Part shown: piece by piece, positions 27,952 to 39,707 of the stretch
How positions within the stretch are numbered: position 1 is the first letter of the stretch
Layout of the letters: each line of letters begins with the position of its first letter
Origin: a plasmid
Strand: one strand, 5' to 3'
Sequence record: CP132320.1
Length of the DNA stretch: 53,555 nucleotides
Notes under the pieces: model-generated
Seen by the model: only the letters and a program-made list of their open reading frames with translations
What the model was told of the DNA's origin: nothing
The model's database searches: none
Program-made: the position numbers and the translations under genes

Positions 27952-29007
27952 ATGCGTATTCTCGTGACCGGCGGAGCAGGGTTTATTGGTTCGGCCCTTG
28001 TGCGTCATCTCGTCAAGAACGTCGGCGCCGAGGTACTGAACGTTGATAAGCTGACCTATGCCGGCAACCTCGCCTCGTTGAAGGAAATCGAGGGCGCTTC
28101 GAACTACCAGTTCCTGCGGGCGGATATCTGCGATCTGCAGAAAATGTCTGAGGCCATGACCTCGTTCCGGCCGGACCGGATCATGCATCTGGCCGCTGAA
28201 AGTCATGTCGACCGCTCGATCAGCGGTGCCGCCGATTTCGTGCAGACGAATGTGATGGGCACGTTCTCGCTGTTAGAGTCTGCCCGTCACTACTGGAACG
28301 ATCTTTCTGCGGCACGTAAGGAGGTCTTCCGTTTCCTGCATGTCTCGACCGACGAAGTCTACGGGTCGCTTGGCGATGAAGGATTATTCGAGGAAGTCAC
28401 GCCTTACGATCCGTCTTCGCCGTACTCGGCTTCGAAAGCGGCGAGCGACCACCTGGCGATTGCCTGGCACCGCACCTACGGTCTCCCAGTCGTGGTTTCC
28501 AACTGCTCGAACAATTACGGGCCCTATCATTTTCCGGAGAAGCTGATCCCGCTGATCATCCTCAATGCGATGGATGGAAAGCCGCTTCCGGTCTACGGCC
28601 AGGGTGTGAACGTCCGAGACTGGCTCTATGTGGAGGATCACGCACGCGCGCTTGATCTGATAGCCTCACAGGGACGACCAGGCGAAAAATACAACGTCGG
28701 TGGCCGCAACGAGCGCCGCAACATCGATGTGGTCAGGCGCATCTGCTCCTTGATGGATGAGCTGCGCCCGAAGGCGACACCGCATGCGGACCTCATCACC
28801 TATGTCACCGACCGGCCTGGCCATGATGCTCGGTACGCCATCGACGCCACCAAGCTAGAGACGGAACTGGGTTGGAAGGCTGCGGAGAATTTCGACAGTG
28901 GCATCGAGCGCACCGTGCGCTGGTATCTGGACAACGCCTGGTGGTGGCGGCCGCTGCGCGATGGCGTCTACTCGGGCGAACGCCTTGGCGTGCTGAGGAA
29001 GGGCTGA
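27952..29007 (+). CDS. rmlB: dTDP-glucose 4,6-dehydratase
   Basis: [20 protein letters not shown]...[11 protein letters not shown]. 351 aa, typical RmlB length and motifs. Confidence 0.92.
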   Translation: MRILVTGGAGFIGSALVRHLVKNVGAEVLNVDKLTYAGNLASLKEIEGASNYQFLRADICDLQKMSEAMTSFRPDRIMHLAAESHVDRSISGAADFVQTNVMGTFSLLESARHYWNDLSAARKEVFRFLHVSTDEVYGSLGDEGLFEEVTPYDPSSPYSASKAASDHLAIAWHRTYGLPVVVSNCSNNYGPYHFPEKLIPLIILNAMDGKPLPVYGQGVNVRDWLYVEDHARALDLIASQGRPGEKYNVGGRNERRNIDVVRRICSLMDELRPKATPHADLITYVTDRPGHDARYAIDATKLETELGWKAAENFDSGIERTVRWYLDNAWWWRPLRDGVYSGERLGVLRKG

Positions 29008-29012
29008 TATCG

Positions 29013-29888
29013 ATGCGACTTGCCGTTACGGGCAAACAGGGACAGGTAGTGACCGCGCTTCGTGAGCGCGGGCCTCAGGTGGGTGTTGAGATCATTGCCG
29101 TCGGCCGACCTGAGATGGATCTGACCGATCCCGCCTCCATTCGCCGTATCCTGTCGGAAGTGAAGCCGGATGCGATCGTATCCGCCGCCGCCTACACGGC
29201 GGTTGACAAGGCAGAAAGCGAACCTGAATTGGCATTCACGGTCAATGCCAGGGGACCTGCAGCGCTTGCGGAAATTGCTGCCAAGATTGACGTGCCGGTC
29301 GTTCATCTTTCGACGGACTATGTCTTTCCCGGAGACAAGGACGGCATCTATCTCGAAACAGATGCCACCGGCCCGGTCTCCGTTTACGGTACGAGCAAAC
29401 TTGCTGGCGAAGAGGCGATTGCGGCTGCAACTCACAACCATGTCATCCTGCGCACCGCCTGGGTCTATTCGCCTTTCGGCGCCAACTTCGTTAAGACGAT
29501 GTTGCGGCTGGCGGAAACCCGCAATGCATTGAATGTCGTCGCCGACCAGCACGGCACGCCGACCAGCGCGCTTGACATTGCCGATGCGGTCATCACTATC
29601 GCCAAACGACTGGTTTCCGATCCCGATCCTGAGCTGCGCGGCGTCTTCCACCTCACCGCACAGGGTGAAGCCACGTGGGCGGATTTCGCCGAAGCGATCT
29701 TCGGCGTACTGCGCGAAAGGAAGGGCAAAGCTGTCACCGTCGGCCGTATCACTACCGACCAATATCCGACACCGGCCAGACGACCTGCCAATTCGCGGCT
29801 TTCGACGGAAAAGCTCGCGAAAACCTATGGCATCGTCCTGCCCGATTGGGAACAGTCGACGCGAGTCGTGCTCGACCATCTTCTGTAA
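29013..29888 (+). CDS. rmlD: dTDP-4-dehydrorhamnose reductase
   Basis: MRLAVTGKQGQVVTAL...YGTSKLAGEEAI. The internal ATG at 29013 is used, 6 nt after the rmlB stop. The ORF tool extends it upstream. Confidence 0.88.
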   Translation: MRLAVTGKQGQVVTALRERGPQVGVEIIAVGRPEMDLTDPASIRRILSEVKPDAIVSAAAYTAVDKAESEPELAFTVNARGPAALAEIAAKIDVPVVHLSTDYVFPGDKDGIYLETDATGPVSVYGTSKLAGEEAIAAATHNHVILRTAWVYSPFGANFVKTMLRLAETRNALNVVADQHGTPTSALDIADAVITIAKRLVSDPDPELRGVFHLTAQGEATWADFAEAIFGVLRERKGKAVTVGRITTDQYPTPARRPANSRLSTEKLAKTYGIVLPDWEQSTRVVLDHLL

Positions 29889-29961
29889 CGGCGGACCGGT
29901 GCCCTGCACAAGTTTAATGCTACTGTGCCCGTGCTGTGCGGGCTGACACAAAGGGAACAGC

Positions 29962-30852
29962 ATGAAAGGGATTATTCTCGCCGGCGGCTCCGGTACCAGG
30001 CTTTATCCAATCACCATGGCCGTCTCCAAGCAGCTGATGCCGGTCTATGACAAACCGATGATATATTATCCGCTGACCACGCTGATGCTGGCAGGAATCA
30101 AGGAAATTCTAATTATCACAACCCCTCACGACAACGAGGCTTTCAAGCGTCTCCTGGGTGATGGTTCCCAATGGGGAATCACGATCAGCTATGCGATGCA
30201 ACCACACCCAGATGGGCTCGCTCAAGCCTTCGTGATAGGCGCGGACTTTGTCGGCTCAAGCCCCTCAGCACTTATTCTAGGCGACAACATTTTCCACGGT
30301 CATGGACTGCCGCAACTCTTGCAAACTGGGTCCGCTATTGAAAGCGGAGCAAGGGTCTTCGCTTATCACGTCACCGATCCAGAACGTTATGGTGTCGTGG
30401 AGTTCGACCAGTCCATGAAAGCACTGTCAATCGAAGAGAAGCCAGCTATGCCTAAGAGCAGCTGGGCAGTAACGGGGCTCTACTTCTACGATCACCAGGT
30501 TGTCGATATCGCTGCGAACTTGACGCCCTCTTCCCGCGGCGAACTAGAGATTACTGACGTCAACAAGATATATCTCGAACGCGGACAGCTCTCTGTCGAG
30601 CTAATTGGCCGAGGTTATGCTTGGCTGGACACCGGAACCCCGGACAGCCTGCTCGAAGCTGCCGAGTTCGTTGCGTTGCTCGAGAAGCGCCAAGGATTTA
30701 AGATCGCTTGCCCAGAGGAGATCGCGTACCGGATGGGGTACATCGATGATAACCAGCTTCAGAAGGTAGCCTCCAATCTTGGAAAGGGCGCATACGCGCA
30801 TTATGTTAGAGAGCTCTTATCCATGGGGAACGTTTCTCACTCTTCAATCTAG
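29962..30852 (+). CDS. rmlA: glucose-1-phosphate thymidylyltransferase
   Basis: [38 protein letters not shown] is the canonical RmlA N-terminus. 296 aa. Confidence 0.93.
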   Translation: MKGIILAGGSGTRLYPITMAVSKQLMPVYDKPMIYYPLTTLMLAGIKEILIITTPHDNEAFKRLLGDGSQWGITISYAMQPHPDGLAQAFVIGADFVGSSPSALILGDNIFHGHGLPQLLQTGSAIESGARVFAYHVTDPERYGVVEFDQSMKALSIEEKPAMPKSSWAVTGLYFYDHQVVDIAANLTPSSRGELEITDVNKIYLERGQLSVELIGRGYAWLDTGTPDSLLEAAEFVALLEKRQGFKIACPEEIAYRMGYIDDNQLQKVASNLGKGAYAHYVRELLSMGNVSHSSI

Positions 30853-31002
30853 ATGACTGGCTATCATTACAAGTCGTAAGGCCTGGCAGCGGAAGGAGCT
30901 TGGTGAAAGACATCTTGTGCTTCTAAGATGACCCCTTTTGTCGCTTAAGTCAGGTCGACAGCCTTACCTGGCCAAAGAAGCACTAGCTGAAAGGGTGATC
31001 AA

Positions 31003-31923
31003 GTGACTGCCGCTGTCTCGATCTTGCTTGCAACATATCAGGGAGAACGGTTTCTTCCGGAGCAACTGAGCACCATAGAAGAGCAGAGCCACTCTGCGTG
31101 GTCTTTGCATGCATCGGATGATGGCTCGACAGATCGAACCCGAACCATCCTAGCAGAATTCGCTCAAAAATCAAAGCGCGAGGTGAACCTCGTCGAAGGC
31201 CCCAGAAAAGGGTTCGTCAGAAACTTTATGCATTTGGTGGCTACCGTTCCTACCGACGCTCCGTACTTCGCCTTTTGCGACCAAGATGACAAGTGGTTGC
31301 CAGAGAAGCTTAAACGGGCTGTAAGGTGGCTAGGCTCTCAGCCCGCTGAGTTACCGTTACTGTTCTGCTCCCGCACACGGAACATCGACCTAGTGGGCCG
31401 CCCAATTGGCTTCTCCCCGTTGTTCCAACGAGGCCCCTCCTTTGGCAATGCTTTAGTCCAAAGCATCGCGGGGGGTAACACGATGGTGATAAATCGCCGT
31501 ATGCTCAACCTCATCAAAGAATTTGGAACGCATCATGAGCTTCCCAGTCACGACTGGTGGTTTTACATTATTGCAACGGGGGTAGGAGGCATTGTTAATT
31601 ACGATCCTTCTCCCACGGTCGATTACCGGCAACACGAACAAAATCAAGTTGGGGCTAATTCCTCGCTCAACGCAAGATTGAGGCGGTTTACCATGCTGAA
31701 GGGTGGCAGGTTTAAGCGCTGGACGGATTTGAACACACTCGCGCTAGAGGAAAACCGGCACCTACTGCTTCCGCAGAACAACGAGATCTTGACACATTTT
31801 CAAAAGATGCGGACAAGCTCTTTCCCTAGCAACCTTAGAGTTCTCCTGAATGGCCCCTTTCGGCGTCAGACTTTTTTAGGGTCCATCGGCCTGTCAGCGG
31901 CCGTGGTGTGGAATAAGATCTAA
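31003..31923 (+). CDS. family-2 glycosyltransferase (likely rhamnosyltransferase)
   Basis: ILLATYQGERFLPEQLSTIEEQSH...HASDDGSTD...FCDQDD are GT2 (GT-A fold) motifs with a DxD. 306 aa. Immediately after rmlA. Confidence 0.8.
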   Translation: MTAAVSILLATYQGERFLPEQLSTIEEQSHSAWSLHASDDGSTDRTRTILAEFAQKSKREVNLVEGPRKGFVRNFMHLVATVPTDAPYFAFCDQDDKWLPEKLKRAVRWLGSQPAELPLLFCSRTRNIDLVGRPIGFSPLFQRGPSFGNALVQSIAGGNTMVINRRMLNLIKEFGTHHELPSHDWWFYIIATGVGGIVNYDPSPTVDYRQHEQNQVGANSSLNARLRRFTMLKGGRFKRWTDLNTLALEENRHLLLPQNNEILTHFQKMRTSSFPSNLRVLLNGPFRRQTFLGSIGLSAAVVWNKI

Positions 31924-31979
31924 AGCGCAAGTTTCGTCCTCATTTAGGTGGCGCGTAAGCATCCGGCGAAGGCCGCAGG

Positions 31980-33635
31980 TCAGGCCGCCTGAGCACTCAG
32001 CGTCTTGGGTGTCCAGTTCCACGGCAGCAATTGCTGCAGCCTGCTGATCGGCGTGTCGGCAATGTTGGCGAGGACATCCGCCAGCCAGGCTTGTGGGTCG
32101 ATGTCATTGAGCTTGGCCGTCATGATCAGCGTCGCCATGAAGGCGGCACGATCAGCACCACGATCCGATCCGGCGAAGAGCCATGACTTCCTGCCGAGAG
32201 CAAAGCCTCTGAGCGCGCGTTCGGCGGCGTTGTTCGTGAGACAAATTCGGCCATCGTCGAGGAATGACGTAAATCCATCCCAGCGCTTCAGCATGTAGTC
32301 GATCGGCTCAGAGACAGGAGAGCTGCGCGACAGTTTTAGCCGCTCGGTTTGGAGCCAGTGATGCAGTTCTTCGATGAGTGGCTGGCTGTCTTGGCGGCGG
32401 CGCTCCAAGCGCTGCTCGGAGCTAAGGCCGTTGATCTCCCGTTCGATATCGAACAGGGCATCGATCCGTTTGACAGCCTCCAGCGCCATCGGCGAGATCG
32501 ATGCGGCTTTGCTGCCACGTTTGGCGTTCGCGGCGATGTCGGCCAGCACGAAGAACTTGCGGCGTGAATGTGCCCAGCAGAGTGCTTGGCGCAGAGGCGC
32601 GGGATCGCGATCTGCCTTGAACAGCGGATTGTAGCCGCCATAGGCATCCGCCTGCAGAATGCCGGAGAAAGTCTTCAGGTGGCGTTCGGGATGCTCCTGT
32701 CGTCGGTCTCGCGTTGCGTAGAACAAAGCTGCAGGCGGTGACAGCCCACCAAACGGCCGGTCATCCCTGACATAGGTCCAGATGCGGCCTGTATCGGTCT
32801 TTCCCTTTGCCAGGATCGGCACGGTCGTGTCGTCGCCATGCAGTCGCTCGGCGGCCAGGACATAGGCTTCGATCAACGAATGGATTGGCTTCAGGGCCGC
32901 GGCACACGCACCGACCTGATCGGCAAGCGTCGACAGGCTGAGGTCGATCCCCTCTCGGGCATAGCGCTCGCTCTGGCGATTGAGCGGCTGATGCTGGGCG
33001 AACTTCTCGAACAGGATCATCGCCAGAAGGTTGGGGCCGGTAAAGCCGCGAGGTGTCACATGGAAGGGCGCTGGCGGCTGAGTGATCTTCTCGCATTCGC
33101 GGCAGGAGAACTTCTCCCGCACGGTCTGAATGACTTTCCACTGACGCGGGATGACCTCCAGGGTCTCGGTGATATCCTCGCCGAGCTTCGACAGCTTTGC
33201 CGAGCCGCAGCAGGGGCAACTGGCTGGGGCGGCGATAACGACACGTTCACGCGGCAGATGTTCAGGAAAGGGCTTGCGTGACGGACGCTTGCGCTCGAAG
33301 GCCCTGACCGTCGAGGCACTGGCTGCGATCTCTGCATCCAGTTCATCTTCGCCGGCATCAGCCTCCAGCTCCTCAAGCTGCAGTTCCATCTGCTCGAGAA
33401 GCCGCGCCTTGCGTTCAGAGCGACTGCCGTAGAGGTCGCGCCGGACCTTCTCGATCTCTAGCTTCAGCCGTGCGATTAGCGCCTCGGAATGCGATACTAG
33501 CGCCCTCGCGCTGGCAGCTTCCGCCTTGGCGGTCGCCGCCTCTGCCTCGGCAGCAACACGCCGCGCGCGCTCTTCGGCAAGCAGTGCGAGTGCACTGGCA
33601 AGGTCGTCCGGAAGCTGTTCGACGCGGGTGTTCAT
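31980..33635 (-). CDS. tnpC: IS66-family transposase TnpC (zinc finger plus DDE), copy A
   Basis: 551 aa. Contains CPCCGS...CRECEKI zinc-finger motifs and the IS66 DDE core. The translation is identical to copies B and C. Confidence 0.9.
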   Translation of the reverse strand: MNTRVEQLPDDLASALALLAEERARRVAAEAEAATAKAEAASARALVSHSEALIARLKLEIEKVRRDLYGSRSERKARLLEQMELQLEELEADAGEDELDAEIAASASTVRAFERKRPSRKPFPEHLPRERVVIAAPASCPCCGSAKLSKLGEDITETLEVIPRQWKVIQTVREKFSCRECEKITQPPAPFHVTPRGFTGPNLLAMILFEKFAQHQPLNRQSERYAREGIDLSLSTLADQVGACAAALKPIHSLIEAYVLAAERLHGDDTTVPILAKGKTDTGRIWTYVRDDRPFGGLSPPAALFYATRDRRQEHPERHLKTFSGILQADAYGGYNPLFKADRDPAPLRQALCWAHSRRKFFVLADIAANAKRGSKAASISPMALEAVKRIDALFDIEREINGLSSEQRLERRRQDSQPLIEELHHWLQTERLKLSRSSPVSEPIDYMLKRWDGFTSFLDDGRICLTNNAAERALRGFALGRKSWLFAGSDRGADRAAFMATLIMTAKLNDIDPQAWLADVLANIADTPISRLQQLLPWNWTPKTLSAQAA

Positions 33636-33680
33636 GGCGAGATGGAATCATATTCGCTCCCGCCATTCCAGCATTTTTGC

Positions 33681-34028
33681 TTATCCGGCCGAGGTCGGTC
33701 GCCAGGTTTTTTGCGGCATCCGCCAGTCTATACCTTCCAGCAAATAACTGAGCTGCGCCGGCGTAATCACGACCGTCCCATCGGCCGCCGACGGCCATAT
33801 GAAGCGTCCCCGTTCCAGCTTCTTCGTGAACAGGCATGCTCCCTGGCCATCATGCCAGATGACCTTGATCAGGCCACCGCCACGACCGCGGAACACGAAC
33901 AGATGCCCGCACATCGGATCGCGCTTCAGCGTCTCCTGCACCATCAGCGACAGACCGGGAAAGCCTTTGCGCATGTCTGTATGGCCCGTTGCCAGCCAGA
34001 CCTTCACACCAGCAGGGACCGGGATCAT
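33681..34028 (-). CDS. tnpB: IS66 Orf2/TnpB, copy A
   Basis: MIPVPAGVKVWLATGHTDMRKGF is the IS66 orf2 family signature. It overlaps the tnpA stop in ATGA fashion. Confidence 0.85.
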   Translation of the reverse strand: MIPVPAGVKVWLATGHTDMRKGFPGLSLMVQETLKRDPMCGHLFVFRGRGGGLIKVIWHDGQGACLFTKKLERGRFIWPSAADGTVVITPAQLSYLLEGIDWRMPQKTWRPTSAG

Positions 34029-34435
34029 CGCCGACCCAGTACACAATCGAGAATGCGGCCAAGCGCCTCCGTGTCGATGTCGCTATCCACGCGGACGCGC
34101 CGACCGCGGCCCAGCTCAATCATCACATCGCTACGCTTGCGGCGGGGCTGCGATGAGGCCGGCGCTTCCGAGGCAACGGGTTGGACTGCCGGCGCGGCCT
34201 CCGATACGACCACGGGCACCAAGGTGTTCGCCGTCTCGGTTCTCGGTTCCTCGATTTGGCAAAGCTCCTTGCGCCACCGAAAGAGCTGGCTGACGTGGAT
34301 GCCGGCCGATCGCGCAATCTCGGAAAGCACCGCCCCAGGCTCAAGGCAGGCTGCAACGAGCCGCTCCTTATCTTCGCGCGACCAGCGCCGACGGCGCTCG
34401 ACAGACGTGATCACTTCAATCGGATGCTTCGTCAT
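34025..34435 (-). CDS. tnpA: IS66 TnpA (small HTH protein), copy A
   Basis: MTKHPIEVITSVERRRRWSREDKERLV is the IS66 orf1 family signature. AGGAG lies 7 nt upstream of the ATG. Confidence 0.85.
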   Translation of the reverse strand: MTKHPIEVITSVERRRRWSREDKERLVAACLEPGAVLSEIARSAGIHVSQLFRWRKELCQIEEPRTETANTLVPVVVSEAAPAVQPVASEAPASSQPRRKRSDVMIELGRGRRVRVDSDIDTEALGRILDCVLGRR

Positions 34436-34521
34436 AGGACTACTCCTAGTGTTTGCACTAGGACTTCCGATGTTCACATCAACCTCGCAAGACGGCCTTC
34501 ACCGGGGGCTTACGGTGGCGC

Positions 34522-34573
34522 ATGTCGCCTGGGCGATACTGCCCATATGATCGGAGCTTGTCGGTGATGATCC
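34522..34573 (-). pseudogene. 52-bp internal piece of an IS6-family transposase remnant, isolated between IS66 copies A and C
   Basis: The minus-strand translation ...PKRIITDKLRSYG matches the IS26-type transposase segment PRFINTDKAPAYG. It continues, in sequence terms, from the remnant at 39716-39985. Confidence 0.4.
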
Positions 34574-34581
34574 GCTTTGGC

Positions 34582-34810
34582 GTAAGCATCCGGCGAAGGC
34601 CGCAGGTCAGGCCGCCTGAGCACTCAGCGTCTTGGGTGTCCAGTTCCACGGCAGCAATTGCTGCAGCCTGCTGATCGGCGTGTCGGCAATGTTGGCGAGG
34701 ACATCCGCCAGCCAGGCTTGTGGGTCGATGTCATTGAGCTTGGCCGTCATGATCAGCGTCGCCATGAAGGCGGCACGATCAGCACCACGATCCGATCCGG
34801 CGAAGAGCCA
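34582..34810 (-). mobile_element. IS66-family copy C, part 1 (tnpC 3' end with terminal repeat); separated from part 2 by the insertion of copy B
   Basis: It begins with the same terminal repeat GTAAGCATCCGGCGAAGG and is identical to copy A 31955-32183. It ends at ...CGAAGAGCCA, where copy B starts. Confidence 0.85.
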
Positions 34811-37369
34811 GTAAGCCCCCGGTGAAGGCCGTCTTGCGAGGTTGATGTGAACATCGGAAGTCCTAGTGCAAACACTAGGAGTAGTCCTATGACGAAGCAT
34901 CCGATTGAAGTGATCACGTCTGTCGAGCGCCGTCGGCGCTGGTCGCGCGAAGATAAGGAGCGGCTCGTTGCAGCCTGCCTTGAGCCTGGGGCGGTGCTTT
35001 CCGAGATTGCGCGATCGGCCGGCATCCACGTCAGCCAGCTCTTTCGGTGGCGCAAGGAGCTTTGCCAAATCGAGGAACCGAGAACCGAGACGGCGAACAC
35101 CTTGGTGCCCGTGGTCGTATCGGAGGCCGCGCCGGCAGTCCAACCCGTTGCCTCGGAAGCGCCGGCCTCATCGCAGCCCCGCCGCAAGCGTAGCGATGTG
35201 ATGATTGAGCTGGGCCGCGGTCGGCGCGTCCGCGTGGATAGCGACATCGACACGGAGGCGCTTGGCCGCATTCTCGATTGTGTACTGGGTCGGCGATGAT
35301 CCCGGTCCCTGCTGGTGTGAAGGTCTGGCTGGCAACGGGCCATACAGACATGCGCAAAGGCTTTCCCGGTCTGTCGCTGATGGTGCAGGAGACGCTGAAG
35401 CGCGATCCGATGTGCGGGCATCTGTTCGTGTTCCGCGGTCGTGGCGGTGGCCTGATCAAGGTCATCTGGCATGATGGCCAGGGAGCATGCCTGTTCACGA
35501 AGAAGCTGGAACGGGGACGCTTCATATGGCCGTCGGCGGCCGATGGGACGGTCGTGATTACGCCGGCGCAGCTCAGTTATTTGCTGGAAGGTATAGACTG
35601 GCGGATGCCGCAAAAAACCTGGCGACCGACCTCGGCCGGATAAGCAAAAATGCTGGAATGGCGGGAGCGAATATGATTCCATCTCGCCATGAACACCCGC
35701 GTCGAACAGCTTCCGGACGACCTTGCCAGTGCACTCGCACTGCTTGCCGAAGAGCGCGCGCGGCGTGTTGCTGCCGAGGCAGAGGCGGCGACCGCCAAGG
35801 CGGAAGCTGCCAGCGCGAGGGCGCTAGTATCGCATTCCGAGGCGCTAATCGCACGGCTGAAGCTAGAGATCGAGAAGGTCCGGCGCGACCTCTACGGCAG
35901 TCGCTCTGAACGCAAGGCGCGGCTTCTCGAGCAGATGGAACTGCAGCTTGAGGAGCTGGAGGCTGATGCCGGCGAAGATGAACTGGATGCAGAGATCGCA
36001 GCCAGTGCCTCGACGGTCAGGGCCTTCGAGCGCAAGCGTCCGTCACGCAAGCCCTTTCCTGAACATCTGCCGCGTGAACGTGTCGTTATCGCCGCCCCAG
36101 CCAGTTGCCCCTGCTGCGGCTCGGCAAAGCTGTCGAAGCTCGGCGAGGATATCACCGAGACCCTGGAGGTCATCCCGCGTCAGTGGAAAGTCATTCAGAC
36201 CGTGCGGGAGAAGTTCTCCTGCCGCGAATGCGAGAAGATCACTCAGCCGCCAGCGCCCTTCCATGTGACACCTCGCGGCTTTACCGGCCCCAACCTTCTG
36301 GCGATGATCCTGTTCGAGAAGTTCGCCCAGCATCAGCCGCTCAATCGCCAGAGCGAGCGCTATGCCCGAGAGGGGATCGACCTCAGCCTGTCGACGCTTG
36401 CCGATCAGGTCGGTGCGTGTGCCGCGGCCCTGAAGCCAATCCATTCGTTGATCGAAGCCTATGTCCTGGCCGCCGAGCGACTGCATGGCGACGACACGAC
36501 CGTGCCGATCCTGGCAAAGGGAAAGACCGATACAGGCCGCATCTGGACCTATGTCAGGGATGACCGGCCGTTTGGTGGGCTGTCACCGCCTGCAGCTTTG
36601 TTCTACGCAACGCGAGACCGACGACAGGAGCATCCCGAACGCCACCTGAAGACTTTCTCCGGCATTCTGCAGGCGGATGCCTATGGCGGCTACAATCCGC
36701 TGTTCAAGGCAGATCGCGATCCCGCGCCTCTGCGCCAAGCACTCTGCTGGGCACATTCACGCCGCAAGTTCTTCGTGCTGGCCGACATCGCCGCGAACGC
36801 CAAACGTGGCAGCAAAGCCGCATCGATCTCGCCGATGGCGCTGGAGGCTGTCAAACGGATCGATGCCCTGTTCGATATCGAACGGGAGATCAACGGCCTT
36901 AGCTCCGAGCAGCGCTTGGAGCGCCGCCGCCAAGACAGCCAGCCACTCATCGAAGAACTGCATCACTGGCTCCAAACCGAGCGGCTAAAACTGTCGCGCA
37001 GCTCTCCTGTCTCTGAGCCGATCGACTACATGCTGAAGCGCTGGGATGGATTTACGTCATTCCTCGACGATGGCCGAATTTGTCTCACGAACAACGCCGC
37101 CGAACGCGCGCTCAGAGGCTTTGCTCTCGGCAGGAAGTCATGGCTCTTCGCCGGATCGGATCGTGGTGCTGATCGTGCCGCCTTCATGGCGACGCTGATC
37201 ATGACGGCCAAGCTCAATGACATCGACCCACAAGCCTGGCTGGCGGATGTCCTCGCCAACATTGCCGACACGCCGATCAGCAGGCTGCAGCAATTGCTGC
37301 CGTGGAACTGGACACCCAAGACGCTGAGTGCTCAGGCGGCCTGACCTGCGGCCTTCGCCGGATGCTTAC
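34811..37369 (+). mobile_element. IS66-family copy B (2559 bp), inserted inside copy C with an 8-bp target duplication AAGAGCCA
   Basis: Complete tnpA (34889..35299), tnpB (35296..35643) and tnpC (35689..37344) on the plus strand. AAGAGCCA is present at 34803-34810 and 37370-37377, while the uninterrupted copy A carries a single AAGAGCCA. Confidence 0.9.
35689..37344 (+). CDS. tnpC: IS66-family transposase TnpC, copy B
   Basis: The 551-aa translation is identical to copy A. Confidence 0.9.
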   Translation: MNTRVEQLPDDLASALALLAEERARRVAAEAEAATAKAEAASARALVSHSEALIARLKLEIEKVRRDLYGSRSERKARLLEQMELQLEELEADAGEDELDAEIAASASTVRAFERKRPSRKPFPEHLPRERVVIAAPASCPCCGSAKLSKLGEDITETLEVIPRQWKVIQTVREKFSCRECEKITQPPAPFHVTPRGFTGPNLLAMILFEKFAQHQPLNRQSERYAREGIDLSLSTLADQVGACAAALKPIHSLIEAYVLAAERLHGDDTTVPILAKGKTDTGRIWTYVRDDRPFGGLSPPAALFYATRDRRQEHPERHLKTFSGILQADAYGGYNPLFKADRDPAPLRQALCWAHSRRKFFVLADIAANAKRGSKAASISPMALEAVKRIDALFDIEREINGLSSEQRLERRRQDSQPLIEELHHWLQTERLKLSRSSPVSEPIDYMLKRWDGFTSFLDDGRICLTNNAAERALRGFALGRKSWLFAGSDRGADRAAFMATLIMTAKLNDIDPQAWLADVLANIADTPISRLQQLLPWNWTPKTLSAQAA

Positions 37370-39707
37370 AAGAGCCATGACTTCCTGCCGAGAGCAAAGC
37401 CTCTGAGCGCGCGTTCGGCGGCGTTGTTCGTGAGACAAATTCGGCCATCGTCGAGGAATGACGTAAATCCATCCCAGCGCTTCAGCATGTAGTCGATCGG
37501 CTCAGAGACAGGAGAGCTGCGCGACAGTTTTAGCCGCTCGGTTTGGAGCCAGTGATGCAGTTCTTCGATGAGTGGCTGGCTGTCTTGGCGGCGGCGCTCC
37601 AAGCGCTGCTCGGAGCTAAGGCCGTTGATCTCCCGTTCGATATCGAACAGGGCATCGATCCGTTTGACAGCCTCCAGCGCCATCGGCGAGATCGATGCGG
37701 CTTTGCTGCCACGTTTGGCGTTCGCGGCGATGTCGGCCAGCACGAAGAACTTGCGGCGTGAATGTGCCCAGCAGAGTGCTTGGCGCAGAGGCGCGGGATC
37801 GCGATCTGCCTTGAACAGCGGATTGTAGCCGCCATAGGCATCCGCCTGCAGAATGCCGGAGAAAGTCTTCAGGTGGCGTTCGGGATGCTCCTGTCGTCGG
37901 TCTCGCGTTGCGTAGAACAAAGCTGCAGGCGGTGACAGCCCACCAAACGGCCGGTCATCCCTGACATAGGTCCAGATGCGGCCTGTATCGGTCTTTCCCT
38001 TTGCCAGGATCGGCACGGTCGTGTCGTCGCCATGCAGTCGCTCGGCGGCCAGGACATAGGCTTCGATCAACGAATGGATTGGCTTCAGGGCCGCGGCACA
38101 CGCACCGACCTGATCGGCAAGCGTCGACAGGCTGAGGTCGATCCCCTCTCGGGCATAGCGCTCGCTCTGGCGATTGAGCGGCTGATGCTGGGCGAACTTC
38201 TCGAACAGGATCATCGCCAGAAGGTTGGGGCCGGTAAAGCCGCGAGGTGTCACATGGAAGGGCGCTGGCGGCTGAGTGATCTTCTCGCATTCGCGGCAGG
38301 AGAACTTCTCCCGCACGGTCTGAATGACTTTCCACTGACGCGGGATGACCTCCAGGGTCTCGGTGATATCCTCGCCGAGCTTCGACAGCTTTGCCGAGCC
38401 GCAGCAGGGGCAACTGGCTGGGGCGGCGATAACGACACGTTCACGCGGCAGATGTTCAGGAAAGGGCTTGCGTGACGGACGCTTGCGCTCGAAGGCCCTG
38501 ACCGTCGAGGCACTGGCTGCGATCTCTGCATCCAGTTCATCTTCGCCGGCATCAGCCTCCAGCTCCTCAAGCTGCAGTTCCATCTGCTCGAGAAGCCGCG
38601 CCTTGCGTTCAGAGCGACTGCCGTAGAGGTCGCGCCGGACCTTCTCGATCTCTAGCTTCAGCCGTGCGATTAGCGCCTCGGAATGCGATACTAGCGCCCT
38701 CGCGCTGGCAGCTTCCGCCTTGGCGGTCGCCGCCTCTGCCTCGGCAGCAACACGCCGCGCGCGCTCTTCGGCAAGCAGTGCGAGTGCACTGGCAAGGTCG
38801 TCCGGAAGCTGTTCGACGCGGGTGTTCATGGCGAGATGGAATCATATTCGCTCCCGCCATTCCAGCATTTTTGCTTATCCGGCCGAGGTCGGTCGCCAGG
38901 TTTTTTGCGGCATCCGCCAGTCTATACCTTCCAGCAAATAACTGAGCTGCGCCGGCGTAATCACGACCGTCCCATCGGCCGCCGACGGCCATATGAAGCG
39001 TCCCCGTTCCAGCTTCTTCGTGAACAGGCATGCTCCCTGGCCATCATGCCAGATGACCTTGATCAGGCCACCGCCACGACCGCGGAACACGAACAGATGC
39101 CCGCACATCGGATCGCGCTTCAGCGTCTCCTGCACCATCAGCGACAGACCGGGAAAGCCTTTGCGCATGTCTGTATGGCCCGTTGCCAGCCAGACCTTCA
39201 CACCAGCAGGGACCGGGATCATCGCCGACCCAGTACACAATCGAGAATGCGGCCAAGCGCCTCCGTGTCGATGTCGCTATCCACGCGGACGCGCCGACCG
39301 CGGCCCAGCTCAATCATCACATCGCTACGCTTGCGGCGGGGCTGCGATGAGGCCGGCGCTTCCGAGGCAACGGGTTGGACTGCCGGCGCGGCCTCCGATA
39401 CGACCACGGGCACCAAGGTGTTCGCCGTCTCGGTTCTCGGTTCCTCGATTTGGCAAAGCTCCTTGCGCCACCGAAAGAGCTGGCTGACGTGGATGCCGGC
39501 CGATCGCGCAATCTCGGAAAGCACCGCCCCAGGCTCAAGGCAGGCTGCAACGAGCCGCTCCTTATCTTCGCGCGACCAGCGCCGACGGCGCTCGACAGAC
39601 GTGATCACTTCAATCGGATGCTTCGTCATAGGACTACTCCTAGTGTTTGCACTAGGACTTCCGATGTTCACATCAACCTCGCAAGACGGCCTTCACCGGG
39701 GGCTTAC
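37370..39707 (-). mobile_element. IS66-family copy C, part 2 (remainder of tnpC, plus tnpB and tnpA)
   Basis: Minus-strand tnpC is truncated at the copy-B insertion (ORF 37366..38829, 487 aa). tnpB is at 38875..39222 and tnpA at 39219..39629. The 8-bp target duplication GCTTTGGC is at 34574-34581 and 39708-39715. Confidence 0.85.

Larger units (their letters stand above)
31955..34513 (-). mobile_element. IS66-family insertion sequence, copy A (2559 bp) with an 8-bp target duplication GGTGGCGC
   Basis: Ends GTAAGCATCCGGCGAAGGCCGC (tnpC side) and GACGGCCTTCACCGGGGGCTTAC (tnpA side). GGTGGCGC is present at 31947-31954 and again at 34514-34521. Three ORFs, tnpA, tnpB and tnpC, on the minus strand. 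Confidence 0.9.

Noticed and set aside
34607-35143. 178-aa hybrid ORF spanning the copy C / copy B IS66 junction
   Set aside because: Only its last ~64 codons are genuine, as the TnpC C-terminus of split copy C. The remainder is antisense to copy B tnpA. The same pattern is repeated at 34181..34567 and 39375..39998.
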